From contig JBGPGO010000011.1 of the NCBI GenBank assembly GCA_041483895.1, forward strand, positions 91,390-155,389: a stretch of 64,000 nt of DNA, in the 5' to 3' direction. The first letter of the stretch is position 1. Every line of letters starts with the position of its first letter. This DNA comes from Fimbriimonadia bacterium (GTDB lineage Bacteria; Armatimonadota; Fimbriimonadia; Fimbriimonadales; JABRVX01). A program made the translations under genes and the position numbers. Below the pieces are notes generated by a model that saw only the letters and a list, made by a program, of their open reading frames with translations, ran no database searches and was not told the origin of the DNA. Shown here one piece after another: positions 60,511 to 64,000 of the stretch.

Positions 60511-61740
60511 ATGGCAGATGAAATTACGAGAAGAGAATTCTTACGGAACAGCGGCGCGCTGATCGCTGTCGGATTGATGGCGCCACCTTGGCTCGCGCAG
60601 ATCGCACGCGCGGATATCCGAAAAGCGGCCGCCGGGGCAAAAGGCTCCGATCACATCCTGGTTGTCTGCCAATTCAGCGGCGGCAATGACGGTCTCAACA
60701 CCGTTATCCCCTACGCGCAAAAACAGTACTACGCTGCGCGTCCGACCCTCGCCATTCCGGAATCAAAGCTTATAGCGATAAACGAGGAGATCGGCCTGCA
60801 CCCATCCCTCGCGGGCGTGAAGAGTCTTTGGGACGACAAGCAGGTAGCCATAGTAAACGGCGTCGGCTACCCGCATCCCAACCGATCGCACTTCCGATCG
60901 ATGGAGATTTGGCAGACCGCCAACCCGGATGCCAGCGAGCAATACGGCTGGCTCGGTAAATATCTGGACGGCGAGTATGAAGCGAAAAACCCGAACCCGG
61001 TGATGGCGGTCGCCTTTGGGCGTGAGAGATTCGTTTCGCTCGCGGCCAAGAACGCATCCGTTCCCACGTTCGCCTCGCTTGCCGACATCAAAGCAATGGT
61101 GGGCGATCCGGACGCGGACAAGGCGCTTCGCGAAATTCAGGGAATGGATTCAAAAGACGCTCACACCCAACAGGTGCGGAAGGCCACCAACTCGGCGCTC
61201 GACGCGATGGCGGAGCTGAGCCGCAATCTCGACAAATATCAGTCCACGGCAAAGTACGATGCGAATCCGTTTGCGGAAGGCTTCAAGCAGATCGCGCACC
61301 TGATCGCGATCTCCCCGCGAACCCGCGTCATCTATTTCTCGGCCGGTGGCTTCGATACGCACTCCCGACAGGCGGAAACGCAAGAGAAGCTGCTCAAATA
61401 TTTCGGCGACGGACTGAACACGTTTATGGGCGAGCTGCAGACGATGAACAAGGCCGACAAAGTTACGGTGATGGTGTTCTCGGAATTTGGTCGGCGCTTA
61501 GGCGAGAACGCGTCCGCGGGCACCGATCATGGCGCGGCGGCGCCCATGTTCGTGGTGGGCGGGTCGGTCAAAGGCGGCCTCTACGGAAAATACCCAGACC
61601 TTGGCGACTTGGAGCGCGGCGACCTGAAGTACAACACCGACTTCCGAACGGTTTATCAGACCGTACTATCCAGTTGGATGGGGGCGGAAGCCGATTCGCT
61701 GCTCGGCAAAGACTTCGGAACACTGCCGGTGTTCGGCTAA
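60511..61740 (+). CDS. DUF1501 family protein with Tat signal
   Basis: TRREFL, GGNDGLNT, RSHFRS, GGFDTH, SEFGRR, GTDHG. Confidence 0.92.
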   Translation: MADEITRREFLRNSGALIAVGLMAPPWLAQIARADIRKAAAGAKGSDHILVVCQFSGGNDGLNTVIPYAQKQYYAARPTLAIPESKLIAINEEIGLHPSLAGVKSLWDDKQVAIVNGVGYPHPNRSHFRSMEIWQTANPDASEQYGWLGKYLDGEYEAKNPNPVMAVAFGRERFVSLAAKNASVPTFASLADIKAMVGDPDADKALREIQGMDSKDAHTQQVRKATNSALDAMAELSRNLDKYQSTAKYDANPFAEGFKQIAHLIAISPRTRVIYFSAGGFDTHSRQAETQEKLLKYFGDGLNTFMGELQTMNKADKVTVMVFSEFGRRLGENASAGTDHGAAAPMFVVGGSVKGGLYGKYPDLGDLERGDLKYNTDFRTVYQTVLSSWMGAEADSLLGKDFGTLPVFG

Positions 61741-61747
61741 CGGGCCG

Positions 61748-62527
61748 CTACGGCTTCGGTCCTCGAGTCGGCGGCAGCTTGAACATCTCTTTGGTCAGCG
61801 CCGGATCCTTTGTGTAGGTGATGTCCCACACCATGGTGGATGCCGATTTCACCTCCGTCACCGACGGCTCAAGATGCCACCTTTTCTCGTCCTCGTTTTT
61901 GACGGTTTCCGTCGAAGTCTGGGACATCGCGTCGGAGCGCAGGATCATCTTGTGCAGCAGGCCATCGGCGCCAATGAGAAACTCCATTTCCATCCGCGGC
62001 TGCTTGCCGGCGGGTAAGGCGGCAGTCACGATCTTCGCCTTGCTGCCATCCAAATCCACCTCCTCCGCTATCTGGACATTCGTCAACTGCCGGACAAAAG
62101 ACTCGATTTCCGGCTTCGTTCGGAACATCAGTCCCAGCGGCCAGCCGTTGTCCAACATCAGGGAGCTGAATGACCGCAGGGCCTCGCACCATCGCGTCGG
62201 AACGCCCGGATCGGTGATGTATCGCTGCGGGTTGCGGGGCTCAGGGAAGGCCAACATCTTGCCGTCACAGAAGAACTTGCGCGACTCCGGTCCCTCGGGA
62301 CCCTTCCCCGTCTGGGTAATCACGAACAGGTTCGGCTTCATGGCGATCACGTCGGTGGCGACCTCCGCATGCTGGTCTGCCACCGAGATGCGAAGGGCCA
62401 ACTTCATCTGGACGGCATTGAGCTTCGCAAAGGCATCGGGGATTGCGTTGAGCAGCTTGACCGCTTCAGGATTGCTCTGAGGAACCGGGTTCTGGGCCAA
62501 TATGGCAATGACTAGGCTTGTGATCAT
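61748..62527 (-). CDS. Secreted hypothetical protein (possibly LolA-like fold)
   Basis: ATGA coupling to the upstream gene; short hydrophobic N-terminus; KPN..F..DGK pattern. Confidence 0.65.
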   Translation of the reverse strand: MITSLVIAILAQNPVPQSNPEAVKLLNAIPDAFAKLNAVQMKLALRISVADQHAEVATDVIAMKPNLFVITQTGKGPEGPESRKFFCDGKMLAFPEPRNPQRYITDPGVPTRWCEALRSFSSLMLDNGWPLGLMFRTKPEIESFVRQLTNVQIAEEVDLDGSKAKIVTAALPAGKQPRMEMEFLIGADGLLHKMILRSDAMSQTSTETVKNEDEKRWHLEPSVTEVKSASTMVWDITYTKDPALTKEMFKLPPTRGPKP

Positions 62528-63072
62528 GCTCCCTCTCCCTTCTGGCGTGACCGCCACATGATTTCCTGTTCGCCCGCCCCGGCCTGGGCCGCACGAGCCA
62601 TCGCGAAAAGGAGGTCCGAAAGGCGGTTCACATATCGTAGCACTTCGTCTCTGACCGGCTCTTCTTCGTGCAGTCGGACAACGGCCCGTTCCGCCCGTCT
62701 GCATACGGACCGTGCCATGTGGAGCTCCGCGGAACCGCCGGCGCCGCCTGGGAGGATAAAGTTGCGCAGTTCGGGCCCCCCAGCCATGAGACGGTCGATA
62801 TCGGCTTCCAAGTTCGAAACATCTTCAGAGACAATGCTCACATTCTTGCCGCGCGGGGAAGCCAGCTCTCCGCCAAGCTCAAAAAGCTCGTTCTGAAGAC
62901 GGTCCAATATGGCGTCCAGCTCCGGTGCAACGGCCCGGCGGGCAAAACCAAGAAAGGAGTTTAGCTCATCCAATTCGCCATAGGCGGCGACCCGGAGGTT
63001 ATCTTTGGAGACATCCTCGCCGCCAAACAGACGAGTGTGCCCTGAATCACCGATGCCGGTGTAGATGCGCAT
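62524..63072 (-). CDS. ATP:cob(I)alamin adenosyltransferase, PduO type
   Basis: IYTG.GD.G.T.LFGG..VSK, AYGELDELNS, FILPGG, R.VCRRAER, Y.NRLSDLLF. Confidence 0.95.
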   Translation of the reverse strand: MRIYTGIGDSGHTRLFGGEDVSKDNLRVAAYGELDELNSFLGFARRAVAPELDAILDRLQNELFELGGELASPRGKNVSIVSEDVSNLEADIDRLMAGGPELRNFILPGGAGGSAELHMARSVCRRAERAVVRLHEEEPVRDEVLRYVNRLSDLLFAMARAAQAGAGEQEIMWRSRQKGEGA

Positions 63073-63312
63073 GGGGCGATTCTACCAGGCGGCCGGCTTA
63101 CGGGATGGTGGAATGCTGGTGTTCTATCGGCGGAGAATGGTTGGAATGGTCGTTCCGCAACGCGAGGCCGCCGAAGGCCAGGAGTAAGCCCACCCACAAA
63201 AAGAGAAGCCGGAAATGAACGGGGTTTCGCATTGGCAAAGGGGATTATCGGCCTCTCTGGGCCGAAGGCAAACCTGCAAATCTTTCCAGTTCCGGCGAAT
63301 TGGGGCCTCCAG

Positions 63313-63337
63313 CCCTCCCCCTCGGGTAGGGGGAGGG
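63313..63337. repeat. GC-rich hairpin (REP- or terminator-like)
   Basis: CCCTCCCCCT-CGGGT-AGGGGGAGGG downstream of the 63364 gene. Confidence 0.4.
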
Positions 63338-63363
63338 AATTCGGCCTCTGATTTCGTTTGCGT

Positions 63364-63852
63364 CTACGGGCCTTGATCCATGATGATCATGAACTTGCGG
63401 TCAGATATAGAGTACCGATCGTAAGCCACTCTTTCATGGACGTCCATCACGACGACGTGAAGAATATCCGGTAAACCCGGCACTCGAAAGATATCCAAGG
63501 AAAGGAACCCCGGTTTGCCATTCCAAAAGGCTGGTCCGCCGGTATGTACAGTACAGATGGCCGGATCCATTTCGTCCGGCACGCACTGATACGCATCGAG
63601 CGTAATGCTCAAAATGTTCATGACGGTTCTCTTGCATTTGGATGGGCCGAAGGTCGTTCCCGTCGACTCGTTGAACGCAAACATCCCGTAAGTGTGGCCG
63701 TCTTGTCCGGACACCCACAGTTCGGTGCTCGATGAGTTGCCGTTGTTGGTGCTGCCTCCAGTGTTCCCGGAAGTGTTGCCGTCCCCGGCATTCGTGAAGG
63801 CTGTAGTTGTGATCGCTGCGGTCGCAAAGACCAAGAACAAGCGTCGAAGCAT
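63364..63852 (-). CDS. Secreted hypothetical protein
   Basis: AGGAG RBS; signal peptide MLRRLFLVFATAAITTTAF; G/N/S-rich linker. Confidence 0.7.
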   Translation of the reverse strand: MLRRLFLVFATAAITTTAFTNAGDGNTSGNTGGSTNNGNSSSTELWVSGQDGHTYGMFAFNESTGTTFGPSKCKRTVMNILSITLDAYQCVPDEMDPAICTVHTGGPAFWNGKPGFLSLDIFRVPGLPDILHVVVMDVHERVAYDRYSISDRKFMIIMDQGP

Positions 63853-64000
63853 TCTTCTCCTCTTTCCAAAACAGTTGCTAGCTGACAAGACGAACAGCGG
63901 TATTATAACGGGAGCCTGGGCATCTGGCACTGGTAGGCATGCTGGAATTGGCATCCCATAGGTTCAAACAGGTATTCTCTGTCCGGTGGGTGAACTGACC

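Overview
Bacterial DNA, probably Armatimonadota-like (inferred from a PEP-CTERM protein, a DUF1559-type prepilin protein, a dockerin-like C-terminus and many leaderless-type starts). Positions ~51,000-64,000 are ordinary chromosome: ankyrin protein, two PilT ATPases, nitroreductase, pyrimidine-nucleoside phosphorylase, DUF1800/DUF1501 and a PduO-type adenosyltransferase. Left of a tRNA-Arg(UCG) at 50959-51034 lies a large accessory island. Next to the tRNA is a capsid-less integrative element (Panacea toxin-antitoxin pair, tyrosine integrase, Zn-finger regulator, excisionase, primase-helicase, ParB-DNA methylase, HTH protein). The main observation is that the rest of the island is cut into gene cassettes by six co-oriented 28-bp dif-like sites with an 11-6-11 layout, consensus CCTATCGAAAA-NNNCCA-TTATCGATAGG, at 8885, 17134, 20846, 31893, 34687 and 41660, plus a possible degenerate seventh at 3650. 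All are intergenic. The cassettes carry a czcCBA-type metal-efflux operon, a PDZ-TPR-CHAT protease, a 2540-aa beta-helix protein, a HEPN-like protein, and an ECF sigma/anti-sigma-like/CHAT-NTPase-TPR module. Two damaged copies of a Xer-like recombinase lie inside the array and are the candidate cognate enzyme. Family assignments come from motif recognition only; no searches were run.
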